In this document: positions 28,979 to 38,247 of the stretch, piece by piece | Numbering within the stretch: position 1 is the stretch's first letter | Layout: each line of letters begins with the position of its first letter | Source: Deltaproteobacteria bacterium | GTDB lineage: Bacteria; CG2-30-53-67 | Length of the DNA stretch: 64,000 bases | NCBI GenBank assembly: GCA_013151235.1 | Contig: JAADIO010000019.1 | Span: 1 to 64,000 of the forward strand | Reading direction: 5' to 3' | The notes under the pieces: generated by a model | Told to the model about the DNA's origin: nothing | The model's input: the letters and a program-made list of their open reading frames with translations, nothing else | The model's database searches: none | Program-made: the position numbers and the translations under genes

Positions 28979-29350
28979 ATGGAAGAACAAGCGCCAAGGA
29001 AAATTATGTTTGTGAATCGAAAGGCACCGCATGGTTCCATCTATGCCTACGAAGGACTGGAAGTCATTCTCATCTTTGGGGCCTATGACCAGGAAATCAG
29101 CGCTGCATTTCTGGATGATGCCGTCCTTTCGTTGAAAAAAGGTCAGGATACATCTGAAATCGGGACCAAGGAGTTTTCTGCGACCTTCCGTGTGTTGGAA
29201 GCCTACGGGGTGGAAAACCGTTACGTGGAGAGGGAATCTCTGGAACAGCGCGGGCTGACGGAGGAAGACTTGGTCATGGATGTGGACGTTGTTGATGGAG
29301 CGACCCTCCGGAAATATATGGGAGAACAAGACGTCCTGCTGCCCTTTTAG
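28979..29350 (+). CDS. dsrF: DsrF/TusC
   Basis: FVNRKAPHGSIYAYEGLE, DDAVLSLKKGQ and RGLTEEDL motifs. Confidence 0.93.
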   Translation: MEEQAPRKIMFVNRKAPHGSIYAYEGLEVILIFGAYDQEISAAFLDDAVLSLKKGQDTSEIGTKEFSATFRVLEAYGVENRYVERESLEQRGLTEEDLVMDVDVVDGATLRKYMGEQDVLLPF

Positions 29351-29380
29351 TGATGTGGATACCTGCAAGGAGGAAGAACA

Positions 29381-29674
29381 TTGCTGCATATCGTGAATAA
29401 ATCACCATTTAAATACAGAAATCTGGATACCTGCGTACGCGTCTCTGAGAAAGAGGACCCAATCATTCTCATTGAAGATGGTGTCTACGCCGCCCTGAAG
29501 GGGTCCAGTATTGAAGGGCTCATGAAGAAGACCCTGGAGGACCACCCTGTTTTTGCAATCCGGGCGGATCTCAAGGCCCGGGGAATCGACGAGGTTATGG
29601 AGGGGGTAGAAGTCTGTGATTACTCCTGCTTTGTGGATATGGTGGAAAAGCATGTCCCCTATTCCTGGCTTTGA
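29381..29674 (+). CDS. dsrH: DsrH/TusB
   Basis: MLHIVNKSPF..LDTC, LIEDGVYAA and DLKARGI motifs. Confidence 0.93.
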   Translation: MLHIVNKSPFKYRNLDTCVRVSEKEDPIILIEDGVYAALKGSSIEGLMKKTLEDHPVFAIRADLKARGIDEVMEGVEVCDYSCFVDMVEKHVPYSWL

Positions 29675-29680
29675 GTCTGG

Positions 29681-30334
29681 ATGAGGAATGACAAAGCGGC
29701 GGCGAAGAAGCTGCTTCGGGAAGGCCGTTACCCGGAAATTCTCAGTCGTCTTGGAGAGAAGCGAAGGACCGTTCGTCTGCTCCGGTCTCTCCTGTATGAA
29801 GATGAACGGATCATAAAATGGCGGGCCGTGACCATGTTCGGCCGGTTGGCCCGGGAAAACCCGGAACTGATCATTCCGGAAGTGGATCGACTCATCTGGT
29901 CCCTGAATGATGAAGCCGGGAGTATTGGACGAAGCGCACCGGAAACCCTGGGTGAAATTGCCCGGAACAATGCACGGATCGCCCGGGATGGGGGAAAGGT
30001 CGTTGTTCACTACATTGAAGATACAGAGACCTGCCGTCCTCCGAACCGGAATCTCGAAATTCTTGTCGGTGTCCTCTGGGCGATAGGGAGAATCGGTGAA
30101 CGGCGGCCGGAGGAGGTGGAGGAGGTCCTTACAACGGTCGAGAGCTTCTGTAAAGACCCGGACGCCAATGTCCGGGGGCATGCTCTCTGGGCTCTTGGAC
30201 GAACGCGGGTGGCCGGATTTATTGAATCGATTCGAAATTGCATGGATGACGCCGGCAGTGTAATTATCTACGAAGATGAATGGTTAAGGTCTTGTACCGT
30301 GGGACAACTCGCGCAGGACGCTTTGCGACAATAG
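29681..30334 (+). CDS. HEAT-repeat protein (DVU0298-like)
   Basis: KWRAVTMFG, RLIWSLNDEAGSIGRSAPETLGEI and DPDANVRGHALWALG. Confidence 0.75.
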   Translation: MRNDKAAAKKLLREGRYPEILSRLGEKRRTVRLLRSLLYEDERIIKWRAVTMFGRLARENPELIIPEVDRLIWSLNDEAGSIGRSAPETLGEIARNNARIARDGGKVVVHYIEDTETCRPPNRNLEILVGVLWAIGRIGERRPEEVEEVLTTVESFCKDPDANVRGHALWALGRTRVAGFIESIRNCMDDAGSVIIYEDEWLRSCTVGQLAQDALRQ

Positions 30335-30472
30335 AAACAGCCGGGCGAACAAGTCGCCTGAAAATGATACGGAAAGGGTGACAACAAAAAAGGTGAAGAA
30401 GTGTGAATTTTTATCATTATTTTTTCCCTCTGGATTCTACTGCGGAGGGGCGGAGGAAAGGAGAGCTACGGT

Positions 30473-31693
30473 ATGGCAGATCAAAAATTAAGAGAAACTC
30501 CTCTTCTTGACGAGTTGAAGAAAGGCCCCTGGCCGAGTTTCGTCAACGACATGAAGAAGATGGCCGAACGGAAACCGATGATCAATGATCTTCTGGGACA
30601 GCTTGAGCTTTCTTACAAGGAGAAAAAGGGGCATTGGAAGCATGGTGGGCTCGTTGGCGTCATGGGATACGGCGGCGGGGTCATTGGGCGTTATTCCGAT
30701 GCCGCCGAGCAGTTCCCCGCCTGTGCGCATTTCCATACCATTCGTGTGAACCAGCCTTCCGGATGGTTTTACACTTCTGCGGCTCTCCGTGAACTTTGTG
30801 ATATCTGGGACCGGCATGGATCGGGTATGACGAACATGCATGGATCCACGGGCGACTGCGTCTTCCTGGGAACGACCACGGACGAGCTGGAGCCGATCTT
30901 TGCCGAGCTGACCGCCAAGGACTGGGATTTGGGCGGGTCCGGCTCCGATGTCCGGACGCCGAGCTGCTGTAACGGGATGGCCCGCTGTGAATATGCCTGC
31001 TACGATACCATGGATGCCTGTTATAACTTTACCATGGAGTATCAGGATGAGCTGCATCGTCCGGCCTTCCCTTATAAATGGAAGTTCAAATTCTCCGGTT
31101 GTCCCAATGATTGCGTGGCCTCGATTGCCCGTTCCGATATGTCCGTGATCGGGACTTGGCGGGATGATATCCGGATCGATCAGGCTGCCGTGCAAGAATA
31201 TGCCGACAGCGGCATGGAGATTCGTTCGGATGTGATTCGCAAATGTCCGACCTCCTGCATGAGCTACGACGGCAAGGAGATCACGATCGACAACAAGAAC
31301 TGCACTCGCTGCATGCACTGCATCAATGTCATGCCCAAAGCCCTTCGGCCCGGACTGGACAAGGGGGCGACGCTGCTGATCGGTGCCAAGGCCCCGATTA
31401 TTGAAGGAGCGCTTCTCGCCACGGTTCTCGTTCCCTTTATCAAGATGGACAAGGAGGATGATTACCAGGAATTCAAGGACCTGATCGAGCGGATCTGGGA
31501 TTTCTGGGATGACCATGGTGTGAATCGTGAACGGATCGGTGAATGTATTGAGCGTGTAGGGCTGGGGAATTTCCTCGAAGCAATCGAGGCCGATCCTCTG
31601 CCGGAGCATGTCAAGCATCCTCGTACGAACCCCTACATCTTCTACGATGAATATTTTGAGGAAGTGGATGACGCCGAGGCGGAGAAAGCATGA
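30473..31693 (+). CDS. dsrA: Dissimilatory sulfite reductase alpha subunit, reductive bacterial type
   Basis: [41 protein letters not shown] and [26 protein letters not shown] motifs. Confidence 0.97.
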   Translation: MADQKLRETPLLDELKKGPWPSFVNDMKKMAERKPMINDLLGQLELSYKEKKGHWKHGGLVGVMGYGGGVIGRYSDAAEQFPACAHFHTIRVNQPSGWFYTSAALRELCDIWDRHGSGMTNMHGSTGDCVFLGTTTDELEPIFAELTAKDWDLGGSGSDVRTPSCCNGMARCEYACYDTMDACYNFTMEYQDELHRPAFPYKWKFKFSGCPNDCVASIARSDMSVIGTWRDDIRIDQAAVQEYADSGMEIRSDVIRKCPTSCMSYDGKEITIDNKNCTRCMHCINVMPKALRPGLDKGATLLIGAKAPIIEGALLATVLVPFIKMDKEDDYQEFKDLIERIWDFWDDHGVNRERIGECIERVGLGNFLEAIEADPLPEHVKHPRTNPYIFYDEYFEEVDDAEAEKA

Positions 31694-31770
31694 TGCTTTC
31701 GGCAGGCAGTGGGGAGAATGCAAAGAGATAACGATTTTGAATTGATCATACACATTAGGAGGAAAAGGAA

Positions 31771-32856
31771 ATGGCTGAACCTGCAGCACCGAGAAAAACC
31801 GATATCGGACCGCCTCAATATGACCAGTTTCTCCATCCGGTCATTAAGAAGAACTACGGAAAGTGGAAATACCACGAGATTCTGAAACCGGGCGTCATGG
31901 TCCATGTCTCCGAAACGGGCGACAAGATCTATTCTATTCGTGTGGGGTCCCCCCGCCTGATCAGTGTCGATGTGATTCGGATGTTTGCCGATATGGCCGA
32001 CAAGTATTGTGACGGATATCTTCGTTTTACGAGCCGGAACAATGTCGAGTTCCTGACCGACAAGGAAGGGAATATCGATCCTCTGATCAAGGACATTCAG
32101 GCCAACGGTTTTCCCGTGGGCGGAACGGGAAACTCCATTTCAAATATTATTCACACCCAGGGATGGGTTCATTGTCACTCTGCGGCAACCGATGTTTCTG
32201 GTGTGGTGAAAGCGACGATGGACGACCTCTATGAGTACTTTGTGGAGATGAAACTTCCCCACAAGATCAAGATTGCGGCGGCTTGCTGCCTCAATATGTG
32301 TGGGGCCGTTCACTGCTCCGATATTGCCATTCTGGGGATTCACCGGCGTCCGCCTCAGATCGACGACGCGCAAGTTTCAAACGTCTGTGAGATTCCGACG
32401 ACCGTTTCGTCCTGTCCCACGGCGGCGATTCGTCCGACGACGGTTGAAGGCAAGCAGACCGTCAAGGTTGACGGCGACCGGTGCATGTTCTGTGCGAACT
32501 GCTACACGGTCTGCCCGGCCATGCCGATTGCCGATCCGCTGAACGACGGCATCTCGATCTGGGTCGGCGGCAAGGTCTCCAATGCCCGTTCGGAGCCTAT
32601 GTTCACGAAGCTGGCGGTTCCCTTTATTCCGAACAATCCGCCCCGCTGGCCGGAAGTGACTGAGGCGATCAAGAAGATCGTTGAGGTCTATGCCGCCGGT
32701 GCACAGCGTTACGAACGGCTTGGGGAATGGATTGACCGTATCGGCTGGCCGCAATTCTTTGATCTGACCGGATTTGAATTCACGAAATATCATATTGATG
32801 ATTTCAGGCATGCAGGCGAGACCTTCCATCGGTCCGCCCAGATCAAATTCAAATAG
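31771..32856 (+). CDS. dsrB: Dissimilatory sulfite reductase beta subunit
   Basis: [38 protein letters not shown] and PNNPPRWP motifs. Confidence 0.97.
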   Translation: MAEPAAPRKTDIGPPQYDQFLHPVIKKNYGKWKYHEILKPGVMVHVSETGDKIYSIRVGSPRLISVDVIRMFADMADKYCDGYLRFTSRNNVEFLTDKEGNIDPLIKDIQANGFPVGGTGNSISNIIHTQGWVHCHSAATDVSGVVKATMDDLYEYFVEMKLPHKIKIAAACCLNMCGAVHCSDIAILGIHRRPPQIDDAQVSNVCEIPTTVSSCPTAAIRPTTVEGKQTVKVDGDRCMFCANCYTVCPAMPIADPLNDGISIWVGGKVSNARSEPMFTKLAVPFIPNNPPRWPEVTEAIKKIVEVYAAGAQRYERLGEWIDRIGWPQFFDLTGFEFTKYHIDDFRHAGETFHRSAQIKFK

Positions 32857-32866
32857 GAGAATGATT

Positions 32867-33112
32867 ATGTCGGAAATGACGACCGAGCAGATTGCGGATG
32901 AGATGTTCAACCTGGTGAAGGAGTATGCAGGGAAGAAGCGTTTCAAGGCGACCGACCTCACCAAAGAAGTTATTGCCAAGCATGGTGACAGTGTCAACAA
33001 AAAGGCCTGCAAGGCAGCGCTTCGTACCTTAATGGATTCCGGACGCTGTGTTTACGGCTATGCCGGTGGGAGTTTTATTTCACTTCCCGGGATAGAAGGT
33101 GCAGCCAAGTAA
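32867..33112 (+). CDS. dsrD: DsrD
   Basis: 81 aa directly after dsrB; KKRFKATDL..KAALRTLMDSGRCVYGYAGGSFISLP winged-helix-like pattern; RBS AGGAGA. Confidence 0.85.
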   Translation: MSEMTTEQIADEMFNLVKEYAGKKRFKATDLTKEVIAKHGDSVNKKACKAALRTLMDSGRCVYGYAGGSFISLPGIEGAAK

Positions 33113-33167
33113 TCAAGGCGCTTTCATCGGACTGATCTTATGATTCGTTATTGAATGTGTTTGAACG

Positions 33168-33262
33168 GATAGCCGGTCGACGCGGGACCCAAGGTCGGCT
33201 CTGTCGGGTGTCCGGCTATCTTTTCCTCTTTTGCGGAACAAAGTTCCGCAAAAGAGGAAAAG
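33168..33262. other. Tandem stem-loops between dsrD and dsrL
   Basis: GATAGCCGG..CCGGCTATC (33168-33220) and a perfect 20 bp stem CTTTTCCTCTTTTGCGGAAC-AAA-GTTCCGCAAAAGAGGAAAAG (33220-33262). Confidence 0.75.
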
Positions 33263-33398
33263 CAGACGTACAGGCTGGTCAGTGAGTGTGTAGATTGTCA
33301 ACCCTCCGGGATCGTAATAAAGCCTCAGACAATGTAACCGTAAAGAAGGGATTGCAAGGCAATCATATTCAGGTAACCTTTTAAATAAGGAGTGTATT

Positions 33399-35087
33399 AT
33401 GGCGATTGTGGTGAGAAAAATACAGCGCAAGATCGGACTGAGGCGGGGCGGCAGGGGAACGCAGACATCGACGCAACGGCCGCAGTATAATTTGAAGGAG
33501 TCTCCCTGTATTCATGCTTGTCCGAGCGGTGAGGATATCCGTGCGTATCTGGTGCAGATTGCCCAGACCGAAAAATATGACTGGTCCTATGATGATGCCT
33601 TCAAAGAAGCCTGGTATACGATCACGGACAAGAACCCCTTTCCCGCCGTTATGGGAAGGGTCTGTCCTCACCCTTGTGAAAGTGAGTGCAACCGGAAAGA
33701 CAAGGATGCCGCCGTGGGGATCAACAACATGGAGCGGTTCATCGGTGACTATGGTATCAAGAATAAACTGAAACTGAAGAAGGTGGACGGAGAGGGTGGT
33801 TCGGAAAAAGTCGCCGTGGTTGGTGCCGGTCCTTCCGGGCTTTCCTGTGCATACCAGTTAGCCCGTCGGGGTTATTCCGTAACGGTATTCGAAATGTTTG
33901 ACAAGGGAGGCGGGATGCTTCGTTTCGGGATCCCCGTCTACCGCCTTCCCGATGATGTTCTCGATGCTGAAATTCAGCGGATCGCTGAGATGGGGGTTGA
34001 GATTAAGTACAACACCAAGATCGGTCGGGATATCACCTTTGCGGATTTGAAGAAGGATTATAAGGCGATCTATCTCTCCATCGGTGCGCACACCGGATGG
34101 GATATGAATATCCCCGGTGAGGATGCCGGGAATGTATTGACCGGCGCCGATTATCTCCACAAAATCAATGCCGGGGAAAAGGTGGAAATCGGGAATAAGG
34201 TGGTGGTGATCGGTGGTGGTGATACCGCTATTGATGCCGCCATGACTTCACTCCGCCTTGGGGCGGATGTTACGCTTCTTTATCGGCGGACCCGGAACGA
34301 GATGCCGGCCATCGACCATGATATTACCCTGGCCGAAGAGGAAGGGATCAATTTTGAATTTCTGTCTGCTCCGGTGGAGGTGATCAAAAACGGAGACGGG
34401 AAGGCGACGGCACTGAAATGCCTTAAGATGGAATTAGGTGAACCGGATGATTCGGGCCGTAGAAGGCCGGTCCCGATCGAAGGTTCGGAGTATACCGTTG
34501 ATGCGACGGCTATCATCTCCGCCATTGGCCAGGCCCCGGATTGGGAAGGCCTGGATTCCTTTAAAAACGAAAAAGGCTGGATTACCGCCGACGATCACGG
34601 GATTACGGAAACGGCCGGTGTCTTTGCCGGGGGGGATGTGACGGTCGGATTGGGCATTGCCACGCAGGCTATTGGTCTCGGGCGGAAGACGGCGGAAGCT
34701 ATTCATCATTTTCTTCGGGACGAAGAGGTTCCGGAACCGGAAACGCTGCCGGTTGTTCATTCCGATGCCATGAACCTCGGTCATTATGTTTCGCTGGAAC
34801 GGCAGAATGAAAAATACCTTCCGGCGGATGATCGGAAGACCAATTTCAATGAGCTGCGCTTTGCCTTGACCGAGGAACAGGCGATTGAAGAGGCGAAACG
34901 ATGCATGAGCTGTGGCCGATGTTTTGACTGTGACAACTGTTTTACCTTCTGTTCCGACAGTGCTGTCAAGAAGCTTGATAAAAATGAAAATCCCTTCGGT
35001 CAGCATTATAAATTTGTCCTCGATACCTGTCAGGGATGCAAAAAGTGTGCGGAAGAATGTCCTTGCGGCTACATTGATATGGTCTGA
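33399..35087 (+). CDS. dsrL: DsrL iron-sulfur flavoprotein (DsrL-2-like, YRR motif)
   Basis: SPCIHACPSGEDIR, GRVCPHPCE, GAGPSG, GGGDTA, LYRR; C-terminal CMSCGRCFDCDNC and CQGCKKCAEECPCG ferredoxin domain. Confidence 0.92.
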   Translation: MAIVVRKIQRKIGLRRGGRGTQTSTQRPQYNLKESPCIHACPSGEDIRAYLVQIAQTEKYDWSYDDAFKEAWYTITDKNPFPAVMGRVCPHPCESECNRKDKDAAVGINNMERFIGDYGIKNKLKLKKVDGEGGSEKVAVVGAGPSGLSCAYQLARRGYSVTVFEMFDKGGGMLRFGIPVYRLPDDVLDAEIQRIAEMGVEIKYNTKIGRDITFADLKKDYKAIYLSIGAHTGWDMNIPGEDAGNVLTGADYLHKINAGEKVEIGNKVVVIGGGDTAIDAAMTSLRLGADVTLLYRRTRNEMPAIDHDITLAEEEGINFEFLSAPVEVIKNGDGKATALKCLKMELGEPDDSGRRRPVPIEGSEYTVDATAIISAIGQAPDWEGLDSFKNEKGWITADDHGITETAGVFAGGDVTVGLGIATQAIGLGRKTAEAIHHFLRDEEVPEPETLPVVHSDAMNLGHYVSLERQNEKYLPADDRKTNFNELRFALTEEQAIEEAKRCMSCGRCFDCDNCFTFCSDSAVKKLDKNENPFGQHYKFVLDTCQGCKKCAEECPCGYIDMV

Positions 35088-35224
35088 ACCTCCGGGGGAA
35101 GAACCACGGTAATCCATGATGTTGCCGTCCGGGCTTGGCCGTGCTGAAAAAGAGTTCCGGGTGTTGTTCACGGAACAAGCTTTTTGTTTGCTGCCGGGTA
35201 TGACGAGATCCACAAGGAGTCAAA

Positions 35225-35689
35225 ATGGAAGAAATTACGTTCAATGAAATCATCAGCTATGCGAAGATCGCGGAAGAGAATGCGAAAAGCTTTTATTTGA
35301 ATGCCGCAGAAGAGATGGAACAGCGAAATGTGAAAGAATATCTTGAAACGCTGGCGGCGGAGGAGCAGACTCACATTAACCGCCTTGAGGCCCTGCAGAA
35401 GACCATCCAGAGCCGGGGAGAGGTTCCCGATCTTCATTCGGAGATCCGGAGTCTCGGCTACGCGGATTTCATCAAGGCTGCCGAACTCGGCAAAGATGCT
35501 TCCTATAAGGATGTCTTGGTCGTTGCCATGTCCAACGAGAAAGAGGCCATCCGGAACTATGACAATTTTTCCCGTTTTATCGATAACGAAGAGGCCAAAA
35601 AACTGTTCACGGTCCTGGCCGACGAAGAACGTCGTCATCTGAAACGATTTGAAGAAGAGTATGACGAACTCCAGGACCAAAATTATTAA
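35225..35689 (+). CDS. Ferritin-like/rubrerythrin diiron domain protein
   Basis: Two E..FY/Y...ExxH units (EEQTH, EERRH); no rubredoxin domain. Confidence 0.85.
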   Translation: MEEITFNEIISYAKIAEENAKSFYLNAAEEMEQRNVKEYLETLAAEEQTHINRLEALQKTIQSRGEVPDLHSEIRSLGYADFIKAAELGKDASYKDVLVVAMSNEKEAIRNYDNFSRFIDNEEAKKLFTVLADEERRHLKRFEEEYDELQDQNY

Positions 35690-35717
35690 ACCAAACCGGG
35701 ATTGAGGGTAAACCATA

Positions 35718-36569
35718 ATGTATGAAATTCTGGAAAAGAAGGTGTGGCAGGAAGAGAAGCCGAGAATTACGGAGTTCAAGGTCAATGCGCCGGAGATTGC
35801 CCGCGCTCACCAAGCGGGCCAGTTTGTGATCCTCATTGTCGACGAGAACGGAGAGCGGATTCCCCTGACCATTGCCGACAAGGACGCGGAAAAAGGGACC
35901 ATCAATATTCTCTTTCAGGAGGTGGGGAAGTCTACGATCTGTCTGGGCAAGCTGGAAGTGGGAGAGAAGATCCATCACGTTACGGGGCCGTTGGGTAAAC
36001 CGACCCATGTGGAGAAGTTCGGTACCGTTGTCTGTGTCGGTGGAGGGATCGGAATCGCTCCGGTCCATCCCATTGCCAAGGCGATGAAGGATGCCGGCAA
36101 CAAGGTGATTTCCATTCTCGGATCTCGATCAAAGGACCTGCTGATCTATGAAGACAAGATGAATGCGGCCAGCAGTGAGGTCCGCGTGACTACGGATGAC
36201 GGGACCTACGGCCGTCACGGTTTTGTGACCGATGAACTCAAGGCAATGATTGAAGAAGAAAAGATCCCCATCGATCTGGTGGTCGTGATTGGACCTCCGA
36301 TCATGATGAAGTTCGTCTGCAAGGTGACGGAACCGCACAAGATCAAGACCTTTGCCAGCCTGAATACGATCATGGTAGACGGGACCGGGATGTGCGGTGC
36401 CTGCCGTGTGACCGTCGGGGGGAAGACCAAGTTTGTCTGTGTGGACGGACCGGAATTTGACGGGCATCAGGTCGATTTTGAAGAGATGATGATGCGCCAG
36501 AAACAGTATCTCACGGAAGAAAAAATCGCCGTGGAACGCTGTGGGAAAGGGGCCTGCCATCAGGGTTGA
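35718..36569 (+). CDS. nfnA: NfnA/SudB small subunit (FAD/NAD-binding, 2Fe-2S)
   Basis: AGQFVIL, ERIPLTIAD, GGGIGIAP and MVDGTGMCGACRV..CVDGPEFDG motifs. Confidence 0.9.
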   Translation: MYEILEKKVWQEEKPRITEFKVNAPEIARAHQAGQFVILIVDENGERIPLTIADKDAEKGTINILFQEVGKSTICLGKLEVGEKIHHVTGPLGKPTHVEKFGTVVCVGGGIGIAPVHPIAKAMKDAGNKVISILGSRSKDLLIYEDKMNAASSEVRVTTDDGTYGRHGFVTDELKAMIEEEKIPIDLVVVIGPPIMMKFVCKVTEPHKIKTFASLNTIMVDGTGMCGACRVTVGGKTKFVCVDGPEFDGHQVDFEEMMMRQKQYLTEEKIAVERCGKGACHQG

Positions 36570-36669
36570 AAGATCCGTGTTGACGGCTTTCGCTGAAAGT
36601 CCGTCTGTCGCGGTCATCCGGCATTCTGCTTAAAACCATCAACATAAGTTCTGGAGAGGATTCATAAGA

Positions 36670-38145
36670 ATGAGTGATGAGAAACAGCTAAAAGGGGCCT
36701 CAAAGGCGAAACCGAAGAGACCGAAAATCCCCCGTCAGGCAATGCCGGAACAGGATCCGCATGTCCGGGCGAAAAACTTTGATTCCGTTACGCTGGGGTA
36801 TACCGATGAACAGGCGATAGCGGAAGCCACGCGGTGTCTTCAGTGCAAGAAACCCTTCTGCATACAGGGGTGTCCTGTTTCAATCAACATCCCCGGTTTT
36901 ATTCAGGCAATCAAGGACCGTGATTATGCAAAGGCGGTCCAGGTCATCAAGGAGACAAATCTTCTGCCGGCGGTCTGCGGACGAGTCTGTCCACAGGAAG
37001 AGCAGTGCGAGAACAGATGTATCCTGGGTAAAAAACAAGAGCCTGTTGCGATCGGCCGATTGGAGCGTTTTGTGGCGGATTATGAAGCCGCTCACGGTGA
37101 ATCGCCGTTGCCGGAGCTTCCGTCGAAGACGGGAAAGAAGGTTGCCGTGGTCGGTGCCGGTCCGGGGGGGTTGACGGTTGCAGGCGATCTGATCCGTAAA
37201 GGACATGATGTGACCGTCTTCGAGGCCCTCCACAAGGCGGGCGGTGTTCTGGTGTATGGAATCCCGGAATTCCGGCTGCCCAAGGCGATCGTGGAACGGG
37301 AAGTCGATTATCTGAAAAAGCTTGGCGTTGTTTTCAAAATGAACCATGTGATCGGGAAGATCCGGACCATCGATCAATTGATGAAGGAAGACGGGTTTGA
37401 TGCTGTTTTTATCGGGAGCGGCGCCGGTCTGCCCTGGTTCATGGATATTCCCGGTGAGAACTTGAATGGAGTTTTCTCCGCGAATGAATACCTGACCCGG
37501 AACAATCTGATGAAAGCCTTTGATTTTCCGAACTATGATACCCCGATCAAACGGTTTAAGAATGTTGCCGTGATCGGTGGTGGGAATGTGGCCATGGATT
37601 CCGTTCGGACGGCTCTTCGACTGGGAGCCGACAATGCCTACATTGTTTATCGACGAGGACGGGAAGAGATGCCGGCCCGGAAAGAGGAAGTGGATCATGC
37701 CGAGCATGAAGGGGTGCAGTTTAAGAACCTGACAGCCCCCGTGCGGATCCTCGGGAATGAAGACGGTTGGGTGACGGGCCTGGAATGCCTTAAAATGGAA
37801 TTAGGTGAACCGGACGCCTCTGGACGGCGCCGTCCGATCCCGATCGAGGGCTCGGAATTTGTTCTGGATATGGATGCCGTAATCATTGCGATCGGGACCA
37901 GTGCCAATCCTCTGATCGGCCAGACCACGCCGGATCTGAAACTGAGCCGTCGAGGTTACATTGAGGTCGAAAATGAGACTACCGGCCGCAGCAGCAAGAA
38001 AGGGGTTTTCGCCGGAGGAGACATCGTAACCGGTGCGGCAACCGTGATCCTGGCGATGGGAGCGGGACGAAATGCCGCCAATGCCATTCAGCAATACCTG
38101 GAGACGGGTGAATGGTGGACGCCGAACGGCGACGGCGAAAAGTAG
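36670..38145 (+). CDS. nfnB: NfnB/SudA large subunit (GltD-like)
   Basis: EATRCLQCKKPFCIQGCPV, CGRVCPQEEQCE, YGIPEFRLP, YRR and GAATVILAMGAG motifs; adjacent to nfnA with no gltB. Confidence 0.9.
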   Translation: MSDEKQLKGASKAKPKRPKIPRQAMPEQDPHVRAKNFDSVTLGYTDEQAIAEATRCLQCKKPFCIQGCPVSINIPGFIQAIKDRDYAKAVQVIKETNLLPAVCGRVCPQEEQCENRCILGKKQEPVAIGRLERFVADYEAAHGESPLPELPSKTGKKVAVVGAGPGGLTVAGDLIRKGHDVTVFEALHKAGGVLVYGIPEFRLPKAIVEREVDYLKKLGVVFKMNHVIGKIRTIDQLMKEDGFDAVFIGSGAGLPWFMDIPGENLNGVFSANEYLTRNNLMKAFDFPNYDTPIKRFKNVAVIGGGNVAMDSVRTALRLGADNAYIVYRRGREEMPARKEEVDHAEHEGVQFKNLTAPVRILGNEDGWVTGLECLKMELGEPDASGRRRPIPIEGSEFVLDMDAVIIAIGTSANPLIGQTTPDLKLSRRGYIEVENETTGRSSKKGVFAGGDIVTGAATVILAMGAGRNAANAIQQYLETGEWWTPNGDGEK

Positions 38146-38166
38146 CTGTTTCTTAAAATAAGATGT

Positions 38167-38208
38167 AAAAAAGGCCGATGAGAGGTTTCTCATCGGCCTT
38201 TTCCTTTT
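38167..38208. terminator. Bidirectional rho-independent terminator
   Basis: AAAAAA-GGCCGATGAGA-GGTT-TCTCATCGGCC-TTTT between convergent genes. Confidence 0.9.
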
Positions 38209-38247
38209 AATTTCCTTCCGAAACCTTTTGCAGGTTTCTGAAGGAAA

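Noticed and set aside
28072-29674. tusE/tusDCB tRNA-thiolation genes
   Set aside because: DsrC has both C-terminal cysteines and the genes sit inside the dsr operon; phylogeny is still needed to exclude this fully
30395-30425. Possible Rex/CRP-type site upstream of dsrA (TGTGAATTTTTATCAT)
   Set aside because: The second half-site and spacing do not fit the palindrome; too weak to call
30488-31789. 433 aa minus-strand ORF
   Set aside because: Antisense shadow of dsrA
36670-38145. Glutamate synthase small subunit
   Set aside because: No gltB is present and it is paired with an NfnA-type gene, so NfnB fits better
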